Origin: Octopus bimaculoides
Taxonomy: Eukaryota
Direction of reading: 5' to 3'
DNA: 64,000 bases
Assembly (NCBI RefSeq): GCF_001194135.2
Contig: NC_068989.1
Location: 77,687,713 to 77,751,712 of the forward strand
Under the pieces are notes generated by a model, which was given only the letters and a program-made list of their open reading frames with translations, made no database searches and was not told where the DNA came from. Position numbers and translations under genes: made by a program. Below are positions 12,600-25,693 of this stretch, one piece after another (the first letter of the stretch is position 1; the number at the start of each line of letters is the position of its first letter).

Positions 12600-12855
12600 A
12601 TCGCTAGCCACTACACGTTCTTTATTTTTATCTTTATTTTCTCTCTTTATTTTCTCTCCTTATTTTCTCGCTTTATTTTGTCTCGTAATTTTCTCTCCTT
12701 GTTTCTTTCTGTGTTCCTTTCTGTGGAAGAGGGAAGGCTCGAAACGTCAAAGACTTTTTTCACTTCCCGAGCGTTATATTAATACATCTGTTTGTTGTTT
12801 ACAGCACCTATCTTCGTCTTTTGTTGTTGTTTTTTTTCTGTGATTTCTCCTTATA
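12600..12855 (+). mobile_element. PLE-type pLTR remnant (family C copy 3)
   Basis: Homologous to 2480-2808 and 7850-8010 around the ribozyme-like motif; ends at (TA)n. Confidence 0.6.
12716..12753 (+). ncRNA. Minimal type I hammerhead-like motif, variant core CUGUGGA (family C copy 3)
   Basis: CTTT-CTGTGGA-A-GAGG(GAAG)GCTC-GAAA-CGT-C-AAAG: stem I CUUU/AAAG, stem II 3 bp plus a G.G mismatch, palindromic stem III, GUC triplet. Confidence 0.6.
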
Positions 12856-14058
12856 TATATATATGTAAATGTCGAACAATCTTTATTTGTATATTAAGGC
12901 CAACATTGGTTACATGTTAAGGAAAGCGTCCTAGTAACTTAACAATTTTTAAAGCCGATCTCATGGAGGAATGGAGTTCGTCTCCATTTAGGATGAAAAT
13001 TGTTATGATATTAAGATATTTTTCTCAACACGAAACCAATGGTAGCCTTAATACACACACACAAACATATGCATGCATATATATATATATATATANNNNN
13101 NNNNNNNNNNNNNNNNNNNNNNNNNNNNNNNNNNNNNNNNNNNNNNNNNNNNNNNNNNNNNNNNNNNNNNNNNNNNNNNNNNNNNNNNNNNNNNNNNNNN
13201 NNNNNNNNNNNNNNNNNNNNNNNNNNNNNNNNNNNNNNNNNNNNNNNNNNNNNNNNNNNNNNNNNNNNNNNNNNNNNNNNNNNNNNNNNNNNNNNNNNNN
13301 NNNNNNNNNNNNNNNNNNNNNNNNNNNNNNNNNNNNNNNNNNNNNNNNNNNNNNNNNNNNNNNNNNNNNNNNNNNNNNNNNNNNNNNNNNNNNNNNNNNN
13401 NNNNNNNNNNNNNNNNNNNNNNNNNNNNNNNNNNNNNNNNNNNNNNNNNNNNNNNNNNNNNNNNNNNNNNNNNNNNNNNNNNNNNNNNNNNNNNNNNNNN
13501 NNNNNNNNNNNNNNNNNNNNNNNNNNNNNNNNNNNNNNNNNNNNNNNNNNNNNNNNNNNNNNNNNNNNNNNNNNNNNNNNNNNNNNNNNNNNNNNNNNNN
13601 NNNNNNNNNNNNNNNNNNNNNNNNNNNNNNTACATACATACACAGATATATGACAGACTACTGCATTCTTACTGCATTGGTCTTCAGTTTATGCATAGAA
13701 TAGACGTTATTTGCATAAGGTGCCACACGTAGTCAGCCTTAACCGCCGTGGATATGAGCCAAGCACAGATATTCTTAACCACATGTATCACATCTTTCTT
13801 AGTGGTTCTCACATTTTGAGACACAAAGTATTCAAGTGAGAGTTACTGTGTGATTCTTTAACGAGTTTCAATCATGTGAAAGGCTTAATATATATAGTTT
13901 GGCAATAGTCTCTGTGAACTAGTTTGCATGTTATTTTTATCCATATTTTTTGACATTTTCTTGCGAATAGTTGCCTTGACGAAAGTTTGGCATGTCTAAT
14001 TTGGCAACCTGTGCGATATCTGTGCATAAATATTTTATACAATTATAGTGTGTGTGTG

Positions 14059-14091
<33 letters not shown>

Positions 14092-14254
14092 GTGCGTGTG
14101 TGTGTGTGTGTGCTTGTGTCTATGTGTGAGTACTAGTGTGTATAACATTATGAATTTATATATATATATACATACATACATAGATATATATATATACATA
14201 GACTCTCATATATGTACGTTACCTACATATGTGTAATACTCTCACATACACACA

Positions 14255-14381
<127 letters not shown>

Positions 14382-15985
14382 GTCATGACAGCTATACAAA
14401 TAGTTACAAAGTGTGGTAAATAGATTGATAGATAGATTGAAAGATAGATAGAAAAAGTGAGACAGAAAGAGAAAAAGAGTGAGCAGCAGTGAGAGACAGA
14501 AAGAAAGAGAAAAAGAGAGAGAGAGAGTGAAAGTGAGAGAGAGACAGAGAGACAGAGAGAAAAGTATCAGGAATGAGAGATAGAGGTGAGAAATAAACAG
14601 AAAGATGTCTGAGATATACAGACATAATGCAGAAAATGTATAGAGAAGCAAATGTAATATAGAGAGTGGTAGACAGTAAATAAGAGTTTTACCGATCAAT
14701 CGATGGGAGATATAAAGATATATATAATGTACGTGTGTGTTTGCTTCTCTACATAACGAGAAATGGGGAAGAAGGGGGACGGAGATAGAGAAGAGGGTAA
14801 GAAAGGACAGATTCGATGAATAGAAACTGATGGGGGGAGGAAGGAGCGAGAGAGAGAGAGAGATTGAGTGAGAAGATTATGTAAGTATTATGTCAGTGCG
14901 GTGATTTGTGGTTTCAGTAGGTTAAAACAGTGAGACAGAAGAACGTAACAAACGATATAATAGTAAAATAACAAGCAACAATAAACTTGAAACCTTGCTC
15001 TTTTAGGTGTTAATGTTTAACTATAAATACATTCAATTCAAAAGCGAAAATTTTCTTGTCAGGCGTCTTGTTTGTTTTCTCATTAATAATTTGGCAACTT
15101 GGCAGTTCGGCTATCATCATGTTCACCGTTAATAAAAATAAAGTCTCCATTAAGGACATTCGTTTCGTAACTGAATCAAAATTTGAATAAAATGTCACGT
15201 AAGTACAGTATAACCGCTAGACATCTGATACTGAATAAATCACAAACTAAATGTTGATCATACATTTCTATTATCTCGAAGGCTTTCTGTAAAACTCTAG
15301 AACGTGCACATTCCAATTACTGTTACATATTAGCATACTTCTACAACCTATTCTTATTTTTGAAGTGTTTGTCAAACATGATTTAAATTATCTCTGTATT
15401 TTACATACAGTCCAGATACGAATCCTTCATATTGTATGTCATTTTATTCTCGTTTTATCTGGATTCACCTAAGTCGTCTCGTTTCGTGACATATTAAACT
15501 CTGATTACCCCTCGAACACTATTCCCTTCAACTTGTCTTATTACGTTTCCACAATTTCCATTCCTGAGGTGAAATAAGTAATATTGTACAAGTGGTCTTT
15601 ATTACAATTTTGACAATTTGCCTTACAAAATCGCAATAAATCGTAATCTTCAACTGTCCAACATGATTTAAAGTATTCATGTATTTAACTCAGCGTCCAG
15701 TTTCGTGTCTGTTATAAACGACAGTGCATGTACTGTATTTATGTATGTATGAATGTACACACACACACGCACACACACACATATATATATATATATACAT
15801 ACATACATACACACATATATGCATGCATACACACACACATATATACATATATATCGACAAATAAATTAATATTTATGTATATATGTATATCTATTTATAG
15901 TTGTATCTTTCCCCTTTTGTGTCACTGTTTCTCTCCCTGTGTGTGAGTGCATATATATGCGTATGTGTGTGTGTGTGTGTGTGTA

Positions 15986-16020
<35 letters not shown>

Positions 16021-16398
16021 CTGTACCTGTGTCTGCATCTGTGTGTCTGTGTCTGTGTGTGTGTGTGTGTGTATTTCAATAACTTCGTTCCGTCTAGAAT
16101 TACTTTTACTCCCAGTTGTACAACACATTTGCAGAAGGCATATGACACAGGCTAACAGCCAAAAGCGGATCTATTAAATCGAAGAAGCAGGCGACAACTT
16201 GCTGGTACTATAACTTATTTAAATCTATTTCTACATGATGAATTCTTCTACGGATTTCCATAAGCAATTTAATTTATGATCTGCAGCAAATATCGTGAGA
16301 GAGCTCTGTGTTGTGTGCGCATTATCAACGTTATACACGTAGTTATTTTAATCTAAAGCTGTCTAATGTGAGAACATTCGCATATTTATTATGTATAC

Positions 16399-16561
16399 AG
16401 GCACAGGCGTGGCTGTGTGGTAAGTAGCTTGCATTCCAACCATACGGTTCCAGGTTCAGTCCCACTGCATGGCACACTGGGCAACTGTCTTCTACTATAG
16501 CCTCAGGCCAACCAAAGCCTTGTGAGTGGATTTGGTAGACGGAAACTGAGAGTAGCCTGTC

Positions 16562-16597
<36 letters not shown>

Positions 16598-16817
16598 GGG
16601 CGGTGTACGTTTTGTGTGTCTGTGTTTCTCCCCCCAATATCGCTTGACAAGTGATGTTGGTGTGTTCACGTCCCCGTAACATAGCGGATCGACAAAAGAG
16701 ACTGATAAAATAAGCACTAAGCTTACAAAGAATAAGTCCTGAGGTCGATGTGATTGACTAAAGGCGGTTCTCCAGCATTACCATACTCAAATGACTGAAA
16801 CAAATAAAAGAATAAAA
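16399..16817 (+). mobile_element. SINE family B, full length (tRNA head, CORE-like segment, internal microsatellite, 3' half)
   Basis: Head GGCGTGGCTGTGTGGTAAG...GGTTCAGTCCCACTG; GCACACTGGGCAACTGTCTT resembles the CORE motif GACCTTGGGCAAGT; tail GATAAAATAAGCACT...GTCGATGTGATTGACTAAAGGCGG...GACTGAAACAAATAAAAGAATAAAA. Probably one of the described octopus tRNA SINEs; family name not verified. Confidence 0.9.
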
Positions 16818-16875
16818 TAATAAAAGAATACATACATACACACAAACATATATATATATATATATATACATATAC

Positions 16876-16941
<66 letters not shown>

Positions 16942-17325
16942 GTATATGTATATAAATATGTGTGTGCATGTGTGTATGTGTGTGTGCGCGCCTGAGCATA
17001 TGTGTGCGTGGACTCACGTGCGTGTATTAGTAGTTGGGTGCCATTAATATGATTACAGGATTACATGTAAAAAATTGCAATTATTTAATCGTAGTTGGAA
17101 TAACTATAGTTCAGCAAGACTTGCTAAACTGAGTGCAAATTAATGTGTTAGGTAATTAACTAATTAATTAATTCATTCATTAATTGATTATTCCTTTTGT
17201 ATTTGTACCATCTGTTACCATACGAAATCTTGTTTGACATTATGTTTGCTCTCAATCTTATAAAATGTCTGTTTTGATCTAATAACCAAACTGCGATTAA
17301 ACAATGATGAATTATTGCATGTAAA

Positions 17326-17520
17326 AGCGAAGAGTTGGCAGAAACGTTAGCACGCCGGGCGAAGTACTTAGCGTTCTGAGTTCAAATTTACGTTCTAAGT
17401 TCGAATTCTTTAAGTTCTAAGTTCAAATTTTTCCGAGGTCGACTTTGCCTTTCATCCTTTCGGGGTCGATTCATTAAGTATAAGTTGCGTACTGGAGTCG
17501 ACTGTCCCCCTCCCCCAAAA
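17326..17520 (+). mobile_element. SINE family A with triplicated B-box
   Basis: TGGCAGAAACGTTAGCACGCCGGGCG, three GTTCT(G/A)AGTTC(A/G)AATT units, then GGTCGACTTTGCCTTTCATCCTTTCGGGGTCGAT. Confidence 0.9.
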
Positions 17521-17727
17521 TACAACCCTCTTAAATACGAAATAGCCCGGCTATGGAAAATGAAGAAGGTGAAGACGGTGCCAATTATTGTTGGGTCCTT
17601 GGGAACAATATCAGAAGGCATCAAGAGGAATATAAAGAAAATTGGTATAGAGTGCCCAGCGGAACTGTTACAAAGATTTTACCTCCTTGGCATGGCCAGA
17701 ATAATCAGGAAAGTATTATATATCTAA
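17518..17727 (+). mobile_element. Dong/R4-type non-LTR retrotransposon, C-terminus of the restriction-like endonuclease
   Basis: KYNPLKYEIARLWKMKKVKTVPIIVGSLGTI...LQRFYLLGMARIIRKVL* matches the KY..L..E...LW....V..VP..IGALG...LQ...LLGTA.I.R.VL pattern of RLE-clade LINEs. Confidence 0.85.
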
Positions 17728-17909
17728 AAATGACGAATAGAACGGTACCACAGGCTGCAGGCAGCAAGCCCGTATACGCATGCAAGACCCCAGAAGTTCC
17801 AACACAACCTGTGATAAAGAAATACTGGTGTCAATCTAATCGACTGGTACCCTCCCCAAAACTTTCGGGTAGAAAATAACAATAACAAAAACATTAACAA
17901 TTAAGAACG

Positions 17910-18038
17910 AACTACATAAAATACAGAATAGACAACACAGGAAAAAGTGATAAGTGCAGAATTTGTGGAGAAAACCGTGAAACCGTATGGCATATTACCA
18001 GCCAATGTACGCCACTAACGCAGAAGGAATATAAGAGA
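17910..18038 (+). mobile_element. Dong/R4-type LINE fragment, CCHC zinc knuckle
   Basis: NYIKYRIDNTGKSDKCRICGENRETVWHITSQCTPLTQKEYKR (CxxC...ET..HI...C...Q.EYK.R). Confidence 0.85.
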
Positions 18039-18227
18039 CTTGTATTCGGTGTGAAATGTTTATTATCGCTGCCCATCTTTTATGCTCTCATTCCAGAGTA
18101 TAGAGTATCATTTCTGTCACTCTCTCCCAGTTCTCGATCTGTTGCAATGGGGCAATGTCCATGGTGTAAAAGAGTCTTAACAAAGAAAAGTTCCATCCTT
18201 CCTGGCATTAGTTAGTGACCATTAAAA

Positions 18228-18890
18228 GGCGGCGAGCTGGCAGAATCGTTGGCGCACCGGGCGAAATGCTTAGCGGTATTTCGTCTGTCGTTACGTTCTG
18301 AGTTCAAATTCCGCCGAGGTCGACTTTGCCTTTCATCCTTTCGGGGTCGATAAATTAATTTCCAGTTACGCACTGGGGTCGATGTAATCGACTTAATCCC
18401 TTTGTCTGTCCTTGTTTGTCCCCTCTATATTCAGCCCCTTGTGGGCAATAAAGAAACAAGAATTGTTAGCGCGCTGGAAGAAATGTTTAGCGGTATTTCA
18501 CCCGTCGCAATACTCTGAGTTCAAATTCCGCCAAGGATGACTTTGCCTTTCATCCTTAAGGGGGCCGATAAATTAAGTACCAGTTAAACACTGGGGTCAA
18601 TGTAATCGACTAGTCTCCTCCTCCACTATTCAAGGCCTTGTGCCTATACTAAAAAGGAATATTTGGCTACCATTAAAGCGGTGAGCGGGCAGAATCGTTA
18701 GCACACCGTGCAAAATGCTTCGCAGCATTTCGCTTGTCTTCACGTTCTGTGTTTAAATACCACCGAGTACGACTTTGGCTTTCATCATTTCTGTATCGAT
18801 AAAATAAGTACCAGTTGAACAATAGGGTAAATATGATCAACTAGCTTTCTTCCCCACAAATCTCAGGCCTTGTGTCGCTAGCTGAAAGTT
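18228..18890 (+). mobile_element. Cluster of three head-to-tail or nested SINE family A copies
   Basis: Copies at about 18228-18461 (young, long tail), 18462-18660 and 18675-18890 (older); each has the CTTTCATC...GATAAA(T/A)TAAGTACCAGTT core. Confidence 0.9.
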
Positions 18891-19149
18891 ATTTAACAAC
18901 CATGGTCGTGAGTAATAATTCAGAGCTCTACGATTAAATGTCTGCTATGGTTTCAACATGATTTTATGTAGTTTTACCCTGAATAATCTCAGAATCTACC
19001 TGCCCGGTCTTCTACACATGGAACGCACTGTTTATAAATATGGAATCCCAACGAATCTTGATCCTGTGGCTTCTGATAACGTTTAGTTTGTGGACTGAAA
19101 GGAAGTTTTAGAAAGTTTGTAACACTGGCAGAAACATTACCAGTTGATT

Positions 19150-19950
19150 TGTTCAGCCTTTTTGCAGATAGCGGTCAGATCTCGCTAGAGGTGTTTTATA
19201 TATAACCTACTTTCATGATTACATGAGGAAATTTTGATCGTCAGTGTAGCTGGCAAGAAAGGTTATCAGCAATATCTGCTGTAAAACTCCCTAAGAGATT
19301 TCACTTAAAATTAATAACCTATCTGCTAGGTAAACTATAACTGCAACTGTCTAATAATAACATCAGATAGCCATTCCCTTGGTATTTCAAAGATGAAGAG
19401 AGCTCACCAATTTTAGGCATTACTCTATGATGAGATTATCGAAGGCCTTCATAAGGTCAAGACATATCAGATCCACGTTTTATTAAATGAATTGCTCTTT
19501 CATTGTTCAACATGATACTGTAGGCGTTCTGTAATTTCCATTACGACGCAAGCATCGCAAGCATTGAAAAATAGAAGTAATTACTGGATTAAGTACAAGT
19601 GAGTAAAATATATCATGCCTTCCAGTGAAAAGTATCATTGTAAAAGACTAATCATTTTGATGTTGCAAAATGGTTTGAAGACTGTCTGCAGGTAACGTCT
19701 GTTTAACTGTCAAACAACATTTCTGTTATTATTTAAAGTTTTTTTTTCAGCGATCAGCTCTAAATTTTCATTCCTATATCACTACTTGTATACATGAGAT
19801 GGATGATTAAACATTCGATTATAATGGGAAAGAAGAAGCTAGAAGAAATTACTCGTGGATATGGGCTGCTATATCGGTAACAAGCGTCAGATTATTCGTT
19901 ATCCGAGAAGGTAATAAGTCTTATTTTGCATGTAAATAGAAGAGACACTA
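19150..19950 (-). mobile_element. Decayed CR1/Jockey-group LINE reverse transcriptase
   Basis: Minus strand NVDLICLDLMKAFD (19438-19479, cf. VD.IYLDF.KAFD) followed by GVLQQILL..F..YTDD (19237-19248, cf. GVPQG..LGP.LF...YADD). Confidence 0.7.
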
Positions 19951-21890
19951 GAGAGACACATAGTCACCGAAACTGCTGCAGCAGAGATCACAACGTTCTC
20001 AGTGCAAACATAAGCTAATTACAACAAACCTACAATTCCTTTAGCAATTTATACTTACCAGTCAGTATACGTAAACTCCTGATTTCAGTCGTACACTCTT
20101 GAAGTCACATAGGGTTCAGGGTGTACACACTAGTTAAAACCATTGACCAAATGCGCGTGTTCATAAAAGGTTCTTTTGCTAAAAAATTTATTTGCCTTTA
20201 CTCTGACCTACAGCACTCTAAATATCTTAAATAATTAAGATTTAAGACTTCCGAGTCCTTTTGCTCATTATCCGTTTTCTCTTTTGGCATAGTGGTACAG
20301 TGAAAGAGTTGGGTAGGGCAAATAGTAAATAAGTTGAATTCAAAAGGAAGTAACCACCGTAACTATAAAGATATTAATCAGATTTTTACGACTACTTTTC
20401 TTTCATCAAAACGATTTGCCGCGAATGTAAAGGAACTAAGAAACAATTTGGTGTTGTACTTGATGTACCGAAAATGAAAATAGTCACTTAATTGCGGTTT
20501 GAGGTCAATGTAATTAATTTTAATCAGTCATTGATGATTTTGAATTTTTCACAATGAAAGGAGATGATAACGATGATGGAATGATAAAGATGGAAATGCG
20601 GAAAATACAAGGCAGAGAAAGGGTGAATGAGTACATTTCAGACCTAGGAATAGCTAGACGCAGTTCCTGTAAAGTATGCCAGAAGAAGATGTAAATAAGA
20701 ACCAGTAGCTTTGAGGAGTTGCTAGAATATGATTAAGAGGTGTTGTTGTTGTTGTTATTGTTGTTGTGTCTGGTAAATTCCCTTTCCTTTCGTTGAAAAG
20801 ACTGGAGCTTGAAGGTGAACTTGACATAAAGGATTGCTGTAAAATATTTTGATAATCCTACCTGAAGGTGGAAGAGGAAATGGAAATAATAAAGACTGTA
20901 CATTAACTAGACGCTATCCAGTTTCTGAACGAAATCCTTACGTGATTTTTAAAGAGAGTAACCCCTATTGAGGAAACGGTTGGTTATTAGAAAAAAGATT
21001 GTGTAATTAATATAGCCGTTACGAGGGAAAAATTAAACGAAAATTATTAAGCAAGAAAGCCTTGAAACTGCATTAAAATATATACATTTTTCTGAAGAGA
21101 AACTGCATAGGAAGGAAATTATGGCAATAAAACGGTTTGTGTTGATGTAAACGACCACTTCTTAACGTGAATTAATGTAGGTATAACACACTCAACAAAG
21201 GACAACCGAAAATAATATGATAACATGAAATACGAAGGTGAGATAGGAGAGAGAGGAAGTATAATCAATAAGCTGAATATTACACTACCCAAGAGGCAAA
21301 AGTACAGCCCATTACCTCCACCTAAACTCATGAATAGACAATCTTATTGAACTGCTAATATTGCTATTTCATTGTTCTTCCGATGATGGATGACTACGAA
21401 GATATTTTGAAAGAAGCAATCATTTCAGAAAAGACACGTATCGCTCACACTTCATGTTACAGCAATGAAAACTCATACGGATAATATGCTTAAGAAAAAA
21501 ATGAATAACTTCTTCAGAATTATAAAGCCGGACGAAAGTATTCAACTTGGTACTTTATGACGCACATATGTGTGTGTGTGTGTGTATATATATGTGTGTG
21601 TATATATATGTGTGTGTATATATNNNNNNNNNNNNNNNNNNNNNNNNNNNNNNNNNNNNNNNNNNTATATATATATATATATACATACATATATATATAC
21701 ATACATATATACATACACACACATATGTATAACAGATCAGTGGAGCTGAACTATATATAGCAATTTGTCTAAATCTGCAAATGCTTTAGTGATCAAACCT
21801 CGGAGGTTCTTCCTATGTAATATGATCTTATATAAGGACTGTGGGTGTATGCGTGTTTGCATATTTATGTATGTTCACTCAACACACACA

Positions 21891-22112
21891 CTGGCAGAAA
21901 CGTTAGCACGCCAGGCGAAATGCTTAGCGGTATTTCGTCTGCCGCTACGTTCTGAGTTCAAATTCCGCCGAGGTCGACTTTGCCTTTCATCCTTTCGGGG
22001 TCGATTAAATAAGTACCAGTTACGCACCGGGGTCGGTATAATCGACTTAATCCGTATGTCTGTCCTTGTTTGTCCCCTCTGTGTATAGCCCCTTGTGGGT
22101 AGTAAAGAAATA
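21891..22112 (+). mobile_element. SINE family A, young copy inserted in a (CA)n tract
   Basis: CTGGCAGAAACGTTAG...GAGTTCAAATTCCGCC...GTGGGTAGTAAAGAAATA, flanked by AACACAC on both sides. The central segment resembles the Meta/MESC SINE domain (from memory; needs alignment). Confidence 0.95.
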
Positions 22113-22124
22113 ACACACGCACTC

Positions 22125-22457
22125 TCACATACGGACATCTCGCGAGTTTTTCCCAGTAGCTTGTATGCTGCATAGAGGCTATCTTCTTCGTGTAGCTTCG
22201 TTGGATTGCCTCAAGTTCTGCAAATAATTTTACACTGGTTGGTGACCATAGCTGGTGACCATAGCTGGTGACCATAGCTAGTGACAATAGCACGGGACCA
22301 TCATAGTTTCCTAATCTCTCGTTCTCTAAAGATTCTAAGAATCCATCCGGTCGGCCGCCTGCATTTCATTGCAAACCTAGCAATATGCACATGGAAGGAT
22401 GCATTATTACTCATGTAAATGCCCAGGTCTCGCACTGACTGCGTCTCTTCGATTGCA
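22125..22457 (-). mobile_element. CR1-type LINE fragment (post-RT region)
   Basis: Minus strand QSVRDLGIYMSNNASFHVHIA...GWILRIF then QLWSPTSVKLFAELEAIQRSYTKKIASMQHTSYWEKL; interrupted by a 13-bp tandem repeat (GGTGACCATAGCT x3-4, 22241-22292). Confidence 0.88.
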
Positions 22458-22495
<38 letters not shown>

Positions 22496-22820
22496 ATNNN
22501 NNNNNNNNNNNNNNNNNNNNNNNNNNNNNNNNNNNNNNNNNNNNNNNNNNNNNNNNNNNNNNNNNNNNNNNNNNNNNNNNNNNNNNNNNNNNNNNNNNNN
22601 NNNNNNNNNNNNNNNNNNNNNNNNNNNNNNNNNNNNNNNNNNNNNNNNNNNNNNNNNNNNNNNNNNNNNNNNNNNNNNNNNNNNNNNNNNNNNNNNNNNN
22701 NNNNNNNNNNNNNNNNNNNNNNNNNNNNNNNNNNNNNNNNNNNNNNNNNNNNNNNNNNNNNNNNNNNNNNNNNNNNNNNNNNNNNNNNNNNNNNNNNNNN
22801 NNNNNNNNNNNNNNNNNNNN

Positions 22821-22862
<42 letters not shown>

Positions 22863-24269
22863 GTACAACTTACAAATAAACGTATATATATATGTGCATA
22901 TATGGGTACAAGACGTCACAAAACGCAAACAACATGAAATACGAAGACGAGCATTTTTTTAGAATATATATTCAAATGATATACTTCTGAAAATATGTAT
23001 GTATGTATGTATGCATATATGTATATATACGCCTGTACAAATGCGGTCGCGCTCACATACGTATACAATTTCAAGTAATTTCACTTCTAAACGAGTTTTA
23101 GATAATACTGTTTGGTTTTGTATTCTCAAATCCACCTTCATACTAGCTCAGATCTCTTAGCTGTCCTTTTGCTATATATTTTAACGATTTATTTTATGTG
23201 ATTCCTAGCTGTCGAAAGTTTCGATATTTTACGTTTATTGTTCTTATCAGTGGCTAGAGCAGCTGTCCCAGCAGGTATATAATATTTCTAATTTATTCCC
23301 TAATCCAGCTAAGAAAAAAATGCCTGAAGAAAACCAGCGATACACTACCCCAAAAAACTGTTTATATTGAAAGAAGCTGAATATCCAGCTTCAAGAAAAC
23401 TATCTCATATTAATCAATCGTTTCTTAGTTCGGTATCGATCTGTCAGAGTAGCGCACGTTTAAATTAAAGCGACGGGAAAGGAAAGTGTATGCCATGGAG
23501 TGTGTAATTCAACAATTTATTGAAAGAAACAACTCTTAACAACCCACGTATTTTTAAAAATATTCATCTCTCTAATTAGTTACGAAACCTGGGAATGGAA
23601 ACTAGGATTATATAATAATTACATGCCACGTAAGTGCACTACTAAATAGCATTGAGAAAATAAGTAAGGTTAATTGACATAATCATTGCTCAAAATAAAG
23701 CAGTCAATTTAATTTATCAGAACTGCATATCCGAAATAAATTATTAATATATTTATATTAGGTACGGTAATATGGCGATAAATGCAGGTAATCAATAAAA
23801 AAAACAAAAATAGCGCAACATACAATAAAAATGAATAATGATTATAATTTCCATCATCAAGCAACGGCAAGCAGCAATTGAAGCTGCACACACCTTCGGA
23901 AAAACCAATTGCATCAGCATGCATGAATCAGATACTTTCGCTAACGGGAAAAGATTTCTTTAAAACATACACAAACACACATACAGACATGCACGCACCT
24001 GTGAAACTACACACATAATGCATATATATATATATATACATATGTATATGTATATTCTAATAGATCAAGATTCAAGTGAATCAGGCAATGAACTAGTAAG
24101 GCACGGGGTCGGGTCGATAAAACAAATTCATGTTTTATATTCTTATATAAATGACTATTGAAAACATTGCAATTTTAGAAAAAAATAAATAAATAAGTGA
24201 GTGGCAACTAAACCGGTGAATGTGTTAAATAATAATGCACATATGTATACACACATATATATCCTACAC

Positions 24270-25360
24270 AAATGAACCGGCAACCTGCGTGACCTCCTGG
24301 TACACAATTTCTTCCCTAACCCTACATCCCAACCTGACTCGTTCCCTTGCTCCTGCCCAAGCTGTCGCACTTGCCCCTACCTCTCCAACACCATCACCTT
24401 CACAGGCACTCATCATATCACCGACTTCTTTACTTGCACTTCTAGCAGCGTCAATTACATCTCTTGTTCTTTTTCCCCCTCTCTGTACTAAGGTCAAACG
24501 GGACGCCGCTTGGTTGACCGGTTTGCGGAGCATTTCCGAGACATCAGACTCAGCAATGAAACCCCGGTCTCGCACCATTTCCGCTCTACATTCCTTACAA
24601 CACTTGTCAGTGTTCGGATTGTCTTTGCACAGGAGCCATCCGGATTCCTGCCTTCGCCGTCAACGTGAACTAATCTTCTCTCTTCGCTCCATTGCCCCAC
24701 TTGGGCTCAACTATCCTCCTTTCTTGATGTGACTCCGCTCCTCTCCTCCCTTCATCTGACACCTACTCCTTCTCTTCAATCCTACCCTCTTCTCTCTTCC
24801 TGAGGCTTACTTCCTCACTTCACTCCTACTCACATTCTCTCTTCCTTGATATTCCCTCCACCCACCCACACGCAACTCACTCCCACATACCCCATCCCTA
24901 ATACATACCACATCCACCACCACCACCGCACACCAATCTCCAACATCCTACACCTCCACACCCCACATCAATCCACACAACCACACCACATCATACCAGT
25001 CCCACAGCACTTCACACACACAAGCACTGATCCCAGCACCCACACTACACACCATCTTCTGCACACCCCCACACCATCATCCTCACACCCACACACCATC
25101 ATCCACACACCCACAGTTTCTAGACGCATACACTCACGCATACATCCACACGTCAAAGTCACTAGTCCCTACCCACACACACTTACACATTGTGACATAC
25201 ACACACACGCACGCGCATCTTCGTTTTCGGATCACCAATAATTTATTATCTCCTCTTCATTCTCCCTCTACTGTCAAGCCTTATTTTCTCGACCAGTCAC
25301 TATGCTTGTCCGCTAAATCTACAAGTTTTTTTTTTTTTATTCTCTGTCTGTTTATTTTAT
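24270..25360 (+). mobile_element. Penelope-like element 3' part: GIY-YIG endonuclease remnant and C/A-rich 3' region
   Basis: From 24282: NLRDLLVH...PCSCPSCRTCPYL...HITDFFTCTSSSVNYISC...LY*GQTGRRLVDRFAEHFRDI...PVSHHF, then after a frameshift HSLQHLSVFGL...RELIFSLRSIAPLGLN. This is the typical PLE C-terminus; the island is GC-richer than its flanks. Confidence 0.9.
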
Positions 25361-25649
25361 CTTATTCNNNNNNNNNNNNNNNNNNNNNNNNNNNNNNNNN
25401 NNNNNNNNNNNNNNNNNNNNNNNNNNNNNNNNNNNNNNNNNNNNNNNNNNNNNNNNNNNNNNNNNNNNNNNNNNNNNNNNNNNNNNNNNNNNNNNNNNNN
25501 NNNNNNNNNNNNNNNNNNNNNNNNNNNNNNNNNNNNNNNNNNNNNNNNNNNNNNNNNNNNNNNNNNNNNNNNNNNNNNNNNNNNNNNNNNNNNNNNNNNN
25601 NNNNNNNNNNNNNNNNNNNNNNNNNNNNNNNNNNNNNNNNNNNNNNNNN

Positions 25650-25693
<44 letters not shown>

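Noticed and set aside
15060-15204. Possible exon ending at CAC|GTAAGT (15199)
   Set aside because: All three frames hit stops before the donor; a non-coding exon cannot be supported without RNA data.
20500-21500. Purine-rich, coding-like + strand tract
   Set aside because: Frequent stops in all frames and no motif I can name.
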